NCBI GenBank assembly: GCA_041690135.1
Contig: JAWLHY010000021.1
Span: forward strand, 21,970 to 85,969
Length of the DNA stretch: 64,000 nt
Direction of reading: 5' to 3'
Origin: Armatimonadota bacterium
GTDB taxonomy: Bacteria; Armatimonadota; SYMT01
Positions 28,905-38,026 of this stretch are shown piece after piece. Every line of letters begins with the position of its first letter. Position 1 is the first letter of the stretch. The translations under genes were made by a program, and so were the position numbers. The notes under the pieces were generated by a model. The model searched no databases. It was not told the DNA's origin and was given only the letters and a program-made list of their open reading frames with translations.

Positions 28905-31900
28905 ATGAGTGGTGGAACAGGTCGGCGGTGGCGCGGCTGGGGACTGCTGGCCGCCCTGGCGGCGACGGTGGGCGTCTATGCCTCGGCCTTCTCCGCGGAG
29001 ACCCCCGTGGGTGCCGTGAACGGCCGGGTGATGGCAACGGATACCGGTCGCCCGATGGCAGGACTGGATATCACCCTGCGGCCGGATGTCCCCGAGAGCG
29101 GAACCGATATCCGCAACGCCACCACGGACAGGAATGGGGAGTTCCGCCTCTTACGCGTCCCAGCGGGATCCTACAGCGTGGAGGTCCATGCGGAAGTCCA
29201 TCGCCTCGATATTCCCCCCATTGTCACCGTGGAGGAGGGGGAAACCGCCGCGGTGGAAGCCCGGATGGAGCCGGGGGACCCGTTCCTCAACCTCAATATC
29301 CACCAGCACGCCTATCTTCCCGGAGATGCGCCCCGGCTGGCGCTGCACGGCTTCCGCCAAGGCGGCACCGTCAACCTGGAACTCCACGCTGTGGATACTG
29401 TTGCGCTGGTGCGGGACTACGGCAACGACCTGCGCTCGCTGCTGAACCCCGTGGCAGCAACTTCCCGCCCCGGTGCCTTCACGCGTTTCCGCGGCAAACA
29501 CCTGAAGAAGGTGCGCACCTGGTCGCACCCCATCGTCAAGCGGAATGCGGAAGGCGTGTTCTATGATTACGAGCGCCTGGAGGCCCCTGACCCCGGCGTT
29601 TATGTGGTAGTGGCGCGTGGGGAGAAGACGGAGGCCCTCGGCTGGCTGATGGTCACCGACCTGGCGCTGGTCACCAAGTCGGCGGGGGGCCGGGTGGTGG
29701 CCTACGCCGCGCATTTGAAGACCGGCAAGCCGGTGTCGGGCGCCCGCGTGACCGTGTTTCGGGGGGCGAAGGTAACGGGCTCCGGCACCACCAACGCGCA
29801 GGGACTGGCCGAACTGGGCGTGGTTGCGGGACAGGACGAACACGAGGCCAGCGCCATCGCGCAGCATGGCACCTCGCTTGCGTTCATGCGGTTCAACCCG
29901 GCAGCCTACGGCAGCAGCGACCGATACCGGGTCTTCACTTACACCGACCGGCCCGTCTACCGGCCCGGCCATACGGTCCGCTTCAAGGGGGTGATCCGGC
30001 ATCTGGAAAAGGTGGGTTATTCCGTACCCTCGTCCGGACTGGTGGACTTTGAAGTGGTGGACCCGATGGACACGGTCCTCTACAAGGACCGGGCGCCCCT
30101 GAGCGATCTTGGGGCCTTTGCCGCGGAACTCGACCTGCCTGCGGAAGCCCAGAGCGGCGACTATTTCATCCGCACCCGTTTCCAGGGAGAAACCCACGAA
30201 GACACCTTCAGCGTGGCCTCATACCGCAAGCCGGAATGGCGCGTGGACGTAAGCACCTCGAAGCCGCGCTACGTGCGCGGGGAGAACGTGCCGGTGACGG
30301 TGAAGGCGAACTACTACTACGGTGCGCCGGTGGTGGAAGGGCAGGTTCGGTGGACCGTATACCGCTCCCGCTACTGGAGCTACTGGTGGGACCAGGAAGA
30401 GGAGCCGCTCTACGACTACGAGTCGGAGTTCGCGGACGACTACGGCGAGGTTGTCGCCGAGGGACACGGCGTCACCGACGAAGACGGGACCCTGAGCTTT
30501 GAGTTTCCTACCCGCCTGGCCTCGGAGGGGGAGGCGATCGATAACAGCGCCGAGTATCGCTACAACGTCGAGGTGGAAGTGGTTGACCTCTCGGAGCGAC
30601 TCGCAACGGGGAACACCCGGGTCCGGGTGAGCTCCGGCGAGATCACCCTGAACGCCGAGCCGCAGCGCTACGTGGCCATGCCCGGAAGCGAAGTACCGGT
30701 TCGGGTACGGGTCCGTGATCTGCAGGACCGCCCCGCCGCCGGCATCGAGGTCAAGATGACAGCGGCACTGCGGGACTGGGAGAACGGCCGCTCGGCGGAG
30801 AAGGTTCTGACCACGGCTTCCGCGCGCTCCGATGCCCGAGGAGAGCTCAGCCTCCCCGTCCGCCTCACGGAAACCGGGCTCGTGGCCATCCGTGCTACGG
30901 CCACCGACAGGCGCGGTAACCGGGTGGAGGCGACCACGGACATCTGGGTGAGCCGGGATGACGGCGGCGATTACAGCGCCAACTACCCGACCCTTTCCGT
31001 GCTGCTCGACAAAAAGCAGTATGAGGTCGGTGACTGGGTTCAGGTGCTGGTCAATACCGACCGGCCCGGCCCCACGGCCCTGGTAGCGGTTGAGTCCACC
31101 GAAATCCACGAACTCCGGACGGTGCCGTTGAAGAGCAAGTCCACCGTGGTCCGCTTCCGGGTGCGCGAGGGCTACGACCCGAACGTGTTCGTCACGGCCT
31201 GCTTCGTCAAGGACCGGGAGTTCGCCACCAACCAGGCGAAGGTCAATGTGAGCCCCGACGCGCATCGCCTGCGCGTCACCATTGAGCCGGATCGGGAGGT
31301 CTACCGGCCTGGCGAGACGGCCACGTACCGCATCCGGACGACCGATGTGTCCGGGCGGCCGGTCCGCGCCGAGCTTTCGTTCGGAGTCGTAGACGAGTCG
31401 GTCTATGCGATCCGGGAGGAGTCGAAGTACGGGATCTGGGAGCGGTTCTATCCCCGCCGCACGAACGACGTGTTGACCGAGTTCGCCTATCCGCCTATCT
31501 ACCTGGGCGACGCGGACAAGGCGGGAGCGAACGTGGCCGTGCGGAAGAACTTCCCGGACACCGCCTACTGGAACCATGAGGTGGTCACCAACGCGGAAGG
31601 GCAGGCCACGCTGCGGGTGAAGATGCCGGACACGCTGACGAGCTGGCGCGCCACTGCGGTCGCCCATACCGGCAGCACCCAGCTCGGCAAGACCACCGCC
31701 AACGTGCGGGTGATGAAGGACCTCACGCTCCGGCTGCAGACCCCGCGCGTGTTCACCCAGGGCGACCGCCTCAAAATCTCCGCGGTGGCGCACAACTACA
31801 GCCCGTCGGCGCAGGAAGTTACGGTCTCTGTTGCCACGCAGGGGCTGCGCCTCCAGGAGCGAGCCGACCGCCGCCTCCGCCTCGCTCCTGGCCAGGCCGA

Positions 31901-33626
31901 GACGGTGACCTGGGAAGTGCGAGCCGAGGAACCGGGGGAGGCGACCGTGACCGCCACCGCCGTGGCCGGGTCACTTTCCGACGGAATGGAATTAAAGGTC
32001 CCGATCCGGCCCTTCGCGCACGAGACGGTGGAGTATCGCACCGGGACGGTCGCCGACACGGGAACCTCCGAAAGCTTCAAGGTTGGCGCGGGACTTGCCG
32101 GCGGGGAGCTGGAACTGCGCCTGGCGCCCACCCTGGCGGGCACCGTACTCGGCTCTCTCGACTACCTGGTGACCTATCCCTACGGCTGCACCGAGCAGAC
32201 GATGAGCAGTTTCCTGCCGGACGTGGTAGTGCTCCGGACGCTCCGCTCGCTGGGCCTGCACCGGTCCGAGCTCGAGGAACGTCTGCCGAAAGTCACGCAG
32301 GCGGGCCTCCTCCGGCTCTCCGGGTTCCAGCACTATGACGGCGGCTGGGGCTGGTGGGAGTATGACGAAACCGATCCCTGGATGACCGCCTATGTGATGC
32401 TGGGGCTGACCACCGCGCGAAACTCCGGGGTCGCGATCAACCCGCGCATGTATGACCGCGGGCGCACCTCGCTCGCCCAGATCGCGCAGCGGACGAACCT
32501 GACGCCGGACGACGCCATGTTCGTGGCGTATTCCCTGGCCGAAAGCGGCTCTGCCGGGAAGGCCCGGTCTCTGCTGTCGATCCTCTACAACCCGAAGAAG
32601 GTCGCGAAGCTGCAGATCCGGTCCCTCGGCTACGCCGTGCTGGCCCTGCACAAGATGGGGGAAAAGGAACGCGCGGTGTCCGTGCTGGGCGAGCTGTGGA
32701 AGCGGAGTATCGAGGCGGGCGGAACCTACCACTGGGCGGAGGATCGGAACGGATCCTACTGGCGGATACCGGCGGACGTGGAAAGCACGGCCCTGGCCCT
32801 CAAGGCCGCGGTCGCGTTGACCCCGAATGACGAACGGCTGCCGGGAGTGGTGCGCTGGCTGCTGCTGAAGCGCCGCGCCGACCGGTGGGAGTCGACGCGG
32901 GATACGGCCTGGATCCTCTTCGCGCTGTCCGATTACCTGACCCAAACCGGAGAGTTGAAGCCAGACTACCATCTGGCGGTGCGACTGAACGGCAGGGAGC
33001 TGCTGGCGGAACAGATCGGGCCGGAGGACGCATTGAAGCCGGAGCTCGTGGTGAAGGTGCCGGTCGCGGAGCTGCTGCGGGAGAACAGCTTGCAAATCTC
33101 GCGACAAGGCGCGGGCACTGCCTACTACGCGCTGCGGGTCACCCAACAGCGAAAGGCGGAGCAGTTCGCACCCGAGTCGGCTCTGCCGGGCCTTTCGATC
33201 CAGCGAGAGTACTTCCGCCTGCAAACCCGCCGCGATGCCAATGGCCGGCCCCAGGTCACACCGGAGGATCGACCCACCCTTACAGCACGGGTGGGGGACC
33301 GGCTGCTGGTGCGCCTCACGGTGAAGAACAAGCAGCCGCTGGAGTATTTGATGATCGAAGACCCGCTGGCGGCGGGGTGCGAAGTCCAGGACCGGGGACA
33401 GGTGTCCTTCGACGAGTGGTCGTACTGGTGGTCGCACATGGACGTTCGCGACGACCGCGTGAGCCTCTTCGTGCGGGAACTGGAGCCGGGCACCCACGTA
33501 CTGGAGTACTACCTCCGACCGGAGCAGGCAGGGGCGATGCGGTCACTGCCCGCGGTGCTGGAGGACATGTACGTGCCCTCCACCCGGTGCTCCACCAGCG
33601 ACGACCGTCTCCAGATCACCCGTTAG
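28905..33626 (+). CDS. Bacterial alpha-2-macroglobulin family protein
   Basis: N-terminal carboxypeptidase-regulatory-like domain; MG2 motif TDRPVYRPG; VDESVY; R.NF.DTA.W; PD.LT.WR; thioester motif YPYGCTEQ (32187-32198); Q..DGGWGWW; W.ST.DT; EDP..AG.E. Confidence 0.95.
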   Translation: MSGGTGRRWRGWGLLAALAATVGVYASAFSAETPVGAVNGRVMATDTGRPMAGLDITLRPDVPESGTDIRNATTDRNGEFRLLRVPAGSYSVEVHAEVHRLDIPPIVTVEEGETAAVEARMEPGDPFLNLNIHQHAYLPGDAPRLALHGFRQGGTVNLELHAVDTVALVRDYGNDLRSLLNPVAATSRPGAFTRFRGKHLKKVRTWSHPIVKRNAEGVFYDYERLEAPDPGVYVVVARGEKTEALGWLMVTDLALVTKSAGGRVVAYAAHLKTGKPVSGARVTVFRGAKVTGSGTTNAQGLAELGVVAGQDEHEASAIAQHGTSLAFMRFNPAAYGSSDRYRVFTYTDRPVYRPGHTVRFKGVIRHLEKVGYSVPSSGLVDFEVVDPMDTVLYKDRAPLSDLGAFAAELDLPAEAQSGDYFIRTRFQGETHEDTFSVASYRKPEWRVDVSTSKPRYVRGENVPVTVKANYYYGAPVVEGQVRWTVYRSRYWSYWWDQEEEPLYDYESEFADDYGEVVAEGHGVTDEDGTLSFEFPTRLASEGEAIDNSAEYRYNVEVEVVDLSERLATGNTRVRVSSGEITLNAEPQRYVAMPGSEVPVRVRVRDLQDRPAAGIEVKMTAALRDWENGRSAEKVLTTASARSDARGELSLPVRLTETGLVAIRATATDRRGNRVEATTDIWVSRDDGGDYSANYPTLSVLLDKKQYEVGDWVQVLVNTDRPGPTALVAVESTEIHELRTVPLKSKSTVVRFRVREGYDPNVFVTACFVKDREFATNQAKVNVSPDAHRLRVTIEPDREVYRPGETATYRIRTTDVSGRPVRAELSFGVVDESVYAIREESKYGIWERFYPRRTNDVLTEFAYPPIYLGDADKAGANVAVRKNFPDTAYWNHEVVTNAEGQATLRVKMPDTLTSWRATAVAHTGSTQLGKTTANVRVMKDLTLRLQTPRVFTQGDRLKISAVAHNYSPSAQEVTVSVATQGLRLQERADRRLRLAPGQAETVTWEVRAEEPGEATVTATAVAGSLSDGMELKVPIRPFAHETVEYRTGTVADTGTSESFKVGAGLAGGELELRLAPTLAGTVLGSLDYLVTYPYGCTEQTMSSFLPDVVVLRTLRSLGLHRSELEERLPKVTQAGLLRLSGFQHYDGGWGWWEYDETDPWMTAYVMLGLTTARNSGVAINPRMYDRGRTSLAQIAQRTNLTPDDAMFVAYSLAESGSAGKARSLLSILYNPKKVAKLQIRSLGYAVLALHKMGEKERAVSVLGELWKRSIEAGGTYHWAEDRNGSYWRIPADVESTALALKAAVALTPNDERLPGVVRWLLLKRRADRWESTRDTAWILFALSDYLTQTGELKPDYHLAVRLNGRELLAEQIGPEDALKPELVVKVPVAELLRENSLQISRQGAGTAYYALRVTQQRKAEQFAPESALPGLSIQREYFRLQTRRDANGRPQVTPEDRPTLTARVGDRLLVRLTVKNKQPLEYLMIEDPLAAGCEVQDRGQVSFDEWSYWWSHMDVRDDRVSLFVRELEPGTHVLEYYLRPEQAGAMRSLPAVLEDMYVPSTRCSTSDDRLQITR

Positions 33627-33639
33627 CGGGGGTTCTCAC

Positions 33640-33675
33640 CACGGAGACACGGAGACACGGAGTATGTCACGGAGA
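33640..33675 (+). repeat. CACGGAGA octamer tandem repeat
   Basis: cacggaga cacggaga cacggagt, plus a further copy at 33668. Confidence 0.7.
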
Positions 33676-34626
33676 GGAAGGGAGACGCTGGGAGGAGTCT
33701 TGCGAAGCGGCAACAACCGTTCCGAGCCAGCGGTGAATGCGGATGACGCCCACGCTTGCGACCGTGTGGACACCGGGCAAGTAGTGGTGGACGGAGGATC
33801 GAGTTACGCAATACGCAATACGCAATACGCAGCGCCGCACTCGCCGCGGGGCTTGCAGTATTCCCTGCTCGCGGCCCTGGTCGCTGGTCTCGTGGGGGTA
33901 ATGGCCTGGGCCTCCACCCGGCAGGAAAAGGACGTCACGCTGGCGCGCTTCGTGACCACGCTGCGGGGGCGGACTCCCAACCAGGTACACAACGTCGCCC
34001 TGGCAGCCCGGACCATTCACGGCACCTGGATTGCACCCGGCGCGGTCTTCTCCTTCAATCGAGTGGTGGGCTCGTGGTCCTCCAACTCGGGGTACAAGCT
34101 CGCGCCCGTCAGCTATGATGGGGAACTGGTGCCGAGTTGGGGCGGGGGCGTCTGCCAGGCCTCCACCACCCTCTACAACGCGGCGCTGCTGGCGGGCCTC
34201 GGTATCGAGGAGCGTCACCGCCACCGCTGGTTCGCACGCTATGTGGCGCCCGGACGGGATGCCGCGGTCGCCTACAGCAACATCGACCTCAAGCTCCGCA
34301 ACCCCTATCCCTGGCCCGTGCGGCTGGAAGGGGAGGTCCGCGGCGAATTGGTGGAGTTCCGGGTTGTCGGAATGGAGCCACTGGAGGACCGCTTCGAGAT
34401 CCGTCAGCGCGTGGAGGCGGTCCACGCTCCACCAACGGTCCGGCAGCCCCGTCGCGAGGAACTGGGCCACCGCACAGTCCGAAATCCCGGCAAGCCGGGA
34501 TGCCGGGTCCTCACCTACCGTCTCCGTCTTCGGGAAGGTCAGCCCACCCAGGAGGAGTTCCTCTCGGATGATGCCTATCCCGCCATGAACCGTCTCGTGC
34601 TTGTGGGAGGTGGCGGGGGTAGGTAG
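33664..34626 (+). CDS. VanW family protein with G5-like C-terminus
   Basis: TM anchor; N..LAA..I.G....PG..FSFN..VG, GGGVCQ.STTLYNA.L.AGL...ER..H, YV.PGRDA.V....DLK.RN; start uncertain (33664, 33700 or 33852). Confidence 0.9.
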   Translation: MSRRGRETLGGVLRSGNNRSEPAVNADDAHACDRVDTGQVVVDGGSSYAIRNTQYAAPHSPRGLQYSLLAALVAGLVGVMAWASTRQEKDVTLARFVTTLRGRTPNQVHNVALAARTIHGTWIAPGAVFSFNRVVGSWSSNSGYKLAPVSYDGELVPSWGGGVCQASTTLYNAALLAGLGIEERHRHRWFARYVAPGRDAAVAYSNIDLKLRNPYPWPVRLEGEVRGELVEFRVVGMEPLEDRFEIRQRVEAVHAPPTVRQPRREELGHRTVRNPGKPGCRVLTYRLRLREGQPTQEEFLSDDAYPAMNRLVLVGGGGGR

Positions 34627-34728
34627 CCCGCTGAACACGCTGAAAGACGCAGAACAGGGTAGACGGGAAAGCGGGCATGGCCAATGCCTATGTACGTGTT
34701 CAGACTTGGATTCCCGCCAAACCAAGGC

Positions 34729-35214
34729 CCGAGAGGGGAGTCCGGTCGGCAGTCCGGGGTTCGGATTCGGTAGTCGCAAGAAGAACCCGACTAGCGTCGG
34801 GACTCCCACATCGCTCCTGGGGCAAACGGGCGTCCCAGAACAACCGCCACGGAACGTGGGTCTATCCAGCGCTTCCGGACCTAACCGGACCCGAGAGGGG
34901 AGTCCGGACGGCAGTCCGGGGTTCGGATTTGATAGTCGCAAGGGGAACCCGACTAGCGTCGGGACTCCCATCTCGCCCTATGGGTGAGATACCTTCCAGA
35001 ACAGTGACCGCGGGACGTGGGATTACCCGCTCGGTCCCAAACCTACCGAGGTCCGAGAGGGGAGTCCGAACGCCAGTCCGGGGTTCGGACTCCGTAGTCG
35101 CAGAATTCACCGGACTGGCCACCGGACTCCCACCTCGGGCGGCGTGAAGGCGGGCAACCAGAACTACCTTTACGGTACTGGGACTCACCTCCGGATTCCG
35201 AAGACCTCCGCGCT
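34729..35214. repeat. Three tandem 162-bp palindromic units (REPIN/BIME-like or structured RNA)
   Basis: 80-bp cores start at 34729, 34891 and 35053; copies 1 and 2 differ at 5 of 80 positions; each core is bounded by gggagtcc/ggactccc. Confidence 0.9.
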
Positions 35215-35420
35215 AGGGAATGCCCCAACCTTCGTCCCCCACGCTACAACGTCCCAACCTCTGGCCCACACGGGATTTCCACCTTCAGCCCCTGGCCTCC
35301 GAGGGGAGTTCTAACCTTCTACCTTCAACTTTCAATCCCTGGCCCCGAGAGGGCTGCCAACCTGCAACCCGGATCTGGGCCGGGTAGCCAACGAAGTTGC
35401 AAAAATTCTTGCCTGACCGG

Positions 35421-35517
35421 TTGACACTCGCCCAATGCTGCGATATCAGTGTTATACGATAACGGTAGCGTTACCGGTAACCATACCGGTATGGTTACCG
35501 GTAACCTTAACGGCCAG
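35421..35517 (+). promoter_or_regulatory. lacI promoter with tandem 12-bp operator-like palindromes
   Basis: TTGACA at 35421; GTTACCGGTAAC at 35470 and 35494, CATACCGGTATG at 35482, degenerate copies at 35458 and 35506. Confidence 0.7.
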
Positions 35518-35546
35518 GCGCCGCTAAAGGTCGCGATGGAGACGGA

Positions 35547-36575
35547 TTGTTGGAACAGCAGGCAAAACCGAGGACGATAGAGGACCTGGCGACCCTGCTG
35601 GGGGTATCCACGATGACAGTCCACCGCGCCATCTCCGGTAAGCCGGACATCTCTCCTAAGACTCGCGCCCGCATCCTGGCGGAGATCGAGCGGCTGGACT
35701 GGCGACCGAACATCGCGGCGCGCGGCCTGCGGCAGGGGAAGACGTTCACCCTCGGCATCCTGGTCTCCAATGTCGCCGCGTCCTTCCTTCCGGAGATCCT
35801 GCAGGGGGTCAACCAGGCGGCGGAAGCCAAGAACTACCACGCTTTTGTTTCGGTCCACGAGCACGAGGCTAGCCGCGCCATCCGCCATCTGCAGACGCTC
35901 CAATCGAAGGGTGTGGACGGCATCGTCCATTACCCCACGCTGGGTGGAGGGGAAGTCGCCACGCTCAACGACATCCTGCGCAACACCCCCACTGTAGCCG
36001 TGATGCGGGCGGTTCCCGATTTCGAAGGACCCGTGGTACTGGTGGATGACGCGCTCGGCGGCCGGCTCGCGGCCCAGCACTTGCTGGTGCTGGGGCACGA
36101 TCGGATCGGCTTCCTGGGCTATCACGACGCCGACCTCAGCGAGGTTCGCCGGCAGGGGTTCGAAGACGCGCTCCGGGAAAACGGCGTGAGCCTGCGACCG
36201 GAATGGACGCTGGCTACCGTGGCTTCCGGCGCCTCGCCCAGCGAGAGAGATCTCGATCGGCTGCTCGGAGGCGCGGAGCGCCCCACGGCGATCTTCTGCC
36301 CCTCGGACCGCCTTGCTGCGCGTGTAGTGCAGGGCGCGGCCGACCGGGGGCTGCGCGTTCCCGAAGAGCTTTCGGTGATGGGATACAACGGCGATGCCTG
36401 GGCGGCACTGCTGCCGGTGCCCCTCACCACGGTGGCCCAGCCCCGCGCCGAGATCGGGGAACGGGCGGCGCAGATGGTGCTGGAGGAACGGACCAGCGGC
36501 CGCAGTTGCACCTTACTGGAGCCCTGGCTGGTGGCCCGGGCGTCCACGGCCCCTGCGCCCATAGCCACACGCTGA
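35547..36575 (+). CDS. LacI family transcriptional regulator
   Basis: TIEDLA..LGVS.MTV.RA HTH, PN..ARGL hinge, VDGI, LGH.RIGF, R..GF, VPEELSV.G, LTTV.QP. Confidence 0.95.
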   Translation: MLEQQAKPRTIEDLATLLGVSTMTVHRAISGKPDISPKTRARILAEIERLDWRPNIAARGLRQGKTFTLGILVSNVAASFLPEILQGVNQAAEAKNYHAFVSVHEHEASRAIRHLQTLQSKGVDGIVHYPTLGGGEVATLNDILRNTPTVAVMRAVPDFEGPVVLVDDALGGRLAAQHLLVLGHDRIGFLGYHDADLSEVRRQGFEDALRENGVSLRPEWTLATVASGASPSERDLDRLLGGAERPTAIFCPSDRLAARVVQGAADRGLRVPEELSVMGYNGDAWAALLPVPLTTVAQPRAEIGERAAQMVLEERTSGRSCTLLEPWLVARASTAPAPIATR

Positions 36576-36824
36576 CGGGGTTTTGAAAGTTTGTGGGAGG
36601 GAGCCCGGCCCGTCCGGCACCGGCCCACAAAAAAGCGGCAAGAGACCGCAACTGGAAACGAACGAAGCAGATCGAGGCCCATCCCGGTTTCGGCCGGGTT
36701 GGGCCCGCTCCGGACGCGGTTCACCGGAGCTTGAACAAATAGCCGTGCAGTTATTCAACTACTAGTTCCGGGCAACCGCGGTCAGGCGTCCGCGTGATGC
36801 CCCATCCTTTCGAGGAGAATCGAA

Positions 36825-37520
36825 ATGCGCTCCCACCGTCGGGGCTTCACGCTCATCGAATTGCTTGTGGTCATAGCCATCATCGCTATTTTGGCCGCAA
36901 TTCTGTTCCCCGTCTTCGCCCGCGCTCGCGAAGCCGCCCGCGCCACCGGCTGCCGCAGCAACCTGAAGCAGCTCGGAATGGCGGCCGCCATGTACGAGCA
37001 AGACTACGACGAGATCTGCATGCCCGCCTTCACCCGACAGGTTGGTGGCGAACTCTGGTATGACCTGGCGGACCCCTACGTCAAGAACATGAGCCGGTCC
37101 GGCGCCAGCTACAACCTCAACGGCAAGGTGTTCTCTTGCCCATCCGCTCCCACGCCGACAACGGACCCGGTCAACCTGCGACGTCCCTATGGGTACAATT
37201 TCGTCTACCTCGGACGCGGCACTACCACGGTTTCCCTGGCAGCCCTTCAGGCGCCGGCATCCACGATCCGCATTGTGGAAATCTGGCGAATTGACGGCAC
37301 TTTTCCAGCACCGGGGATCGGCTCCTACCTGGCTTATCCCCCCAGCAACGGGAGTGCCGCCAATATCTTCCCGCGTGACTGGCACAGCGACATGTCGAAC
37401 GTGTTGTTCGTCGATGGTCATGTCAAGAGTATGAAACGCAACCAGATCATGATGTTGGGTGGGGGAGCAACGGGTCTGTCCACCGATCCCTGGTGGCGGG
37501 CCGACGGCAACAAGCCCTAA
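36825..37520 (+). CDS. Prepilin-type N-terminal cleavage/methylation domain protein (DUF1559, H-X9-DG C-terminal motif)
   Basis: [32 protein letters not shown]...C.SNLKQ and [15 protein letters not shown]. Confidence 0.95.
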   Translation: MRSHRRGFTLIELLVVIAIIAILAAILFPVFARAREAARATGCRSNLKQLGMAAAMYEQDYDEICMPAFTRQVGGELWYDLADPYVKNMSRSGASYNLNGKVFSCPSAPTPTTDPVNLRRPYGYNFVYLGRGTTTVSLAALQAPASTIRIVEIWRIDGTFPAPGIGSYLAYPPSNGSAANIFPRDWHSDMSNVLFVDGHVKSMKRNQIMMLGGGATGLSTDPWWRADGNKP

Positions 37521-37802
37521 CACTCAGCACATTCTAGTCACCAAGGTGTCGGCAGAGAACGTCTCTGCTTCTTTGGACACTCGCGTGATAAGCGTCCACG
37601 GTCTACCTTGGCATTGGCTAGGGTAGACCTTTCTTCACACTAAGAGCGATCACTGCGCCCTCCTCGGAATAATAGAAACCCGCAACTCCAGCCCTATTGA
37701 GCAGGCGTATTGCGGCCAGGCTGATCCGCGACTGCAGCCGAACGCCGTTCGAAAGACGCGACAGCACCGCCACACAACTAGGGGGCCACCGAAGGAGAAC
37801 TG

Positions 37803-37852
37803 CGGCAGATCTGGAGAAGCCCTCCGGATCTGCCGTTTCGTCGTGTGCTTTT
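37803..37852 (+). terminator. Terminator-like hairpin in a long intergenic region
   Basis: cggcagatctggag/ctccggatctgccg followed by ttt..tttt. Confidence 0.5.
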
Positions 37853-38026
37853 AATTGCCCAGAAGTGCCCCAAGCGGCATGTACCGGTTACCGGCGGCGC
37901 TACGAAACCACCCCAGTACCGGTTCGGTGCCTGCCACGTCTCCCAGGCGGCAACTGCCGACTATTTCCCTAGTCTTTTCCCTTGCCGGCACCGGCTTCCA
38001 GCCGGACAGAACCCACCCGCACCCTG

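Noticed and set aside
29151-33497. Minus-strand ORFs of 348, 524 and 501 aa
   Set aside because: Antisense shadows of the A2M gene
34601-35188. ORFs across the repeat array (34601-34987, 34677-35147, 34862-35188, 33667-34971)
   Set aside because: Periodicity comes from the DNA repeat; changes preserve base pairing rather than codons and the linker anchor shifts by 1 nt between copies
34729-35214. CRISPR array interpretation of the 162-bp repeats
   Set aside because: 80-bp repeats and ~82-bp partly homologous linkers are outside CRISPR size ranges; only three units; no cas genes in the window
37780-37835. Glycine-riboswitch-like ccgaaggag fragment
   Set aside because: No upstream GGAGA or downstream CTCAGG elements in the required order
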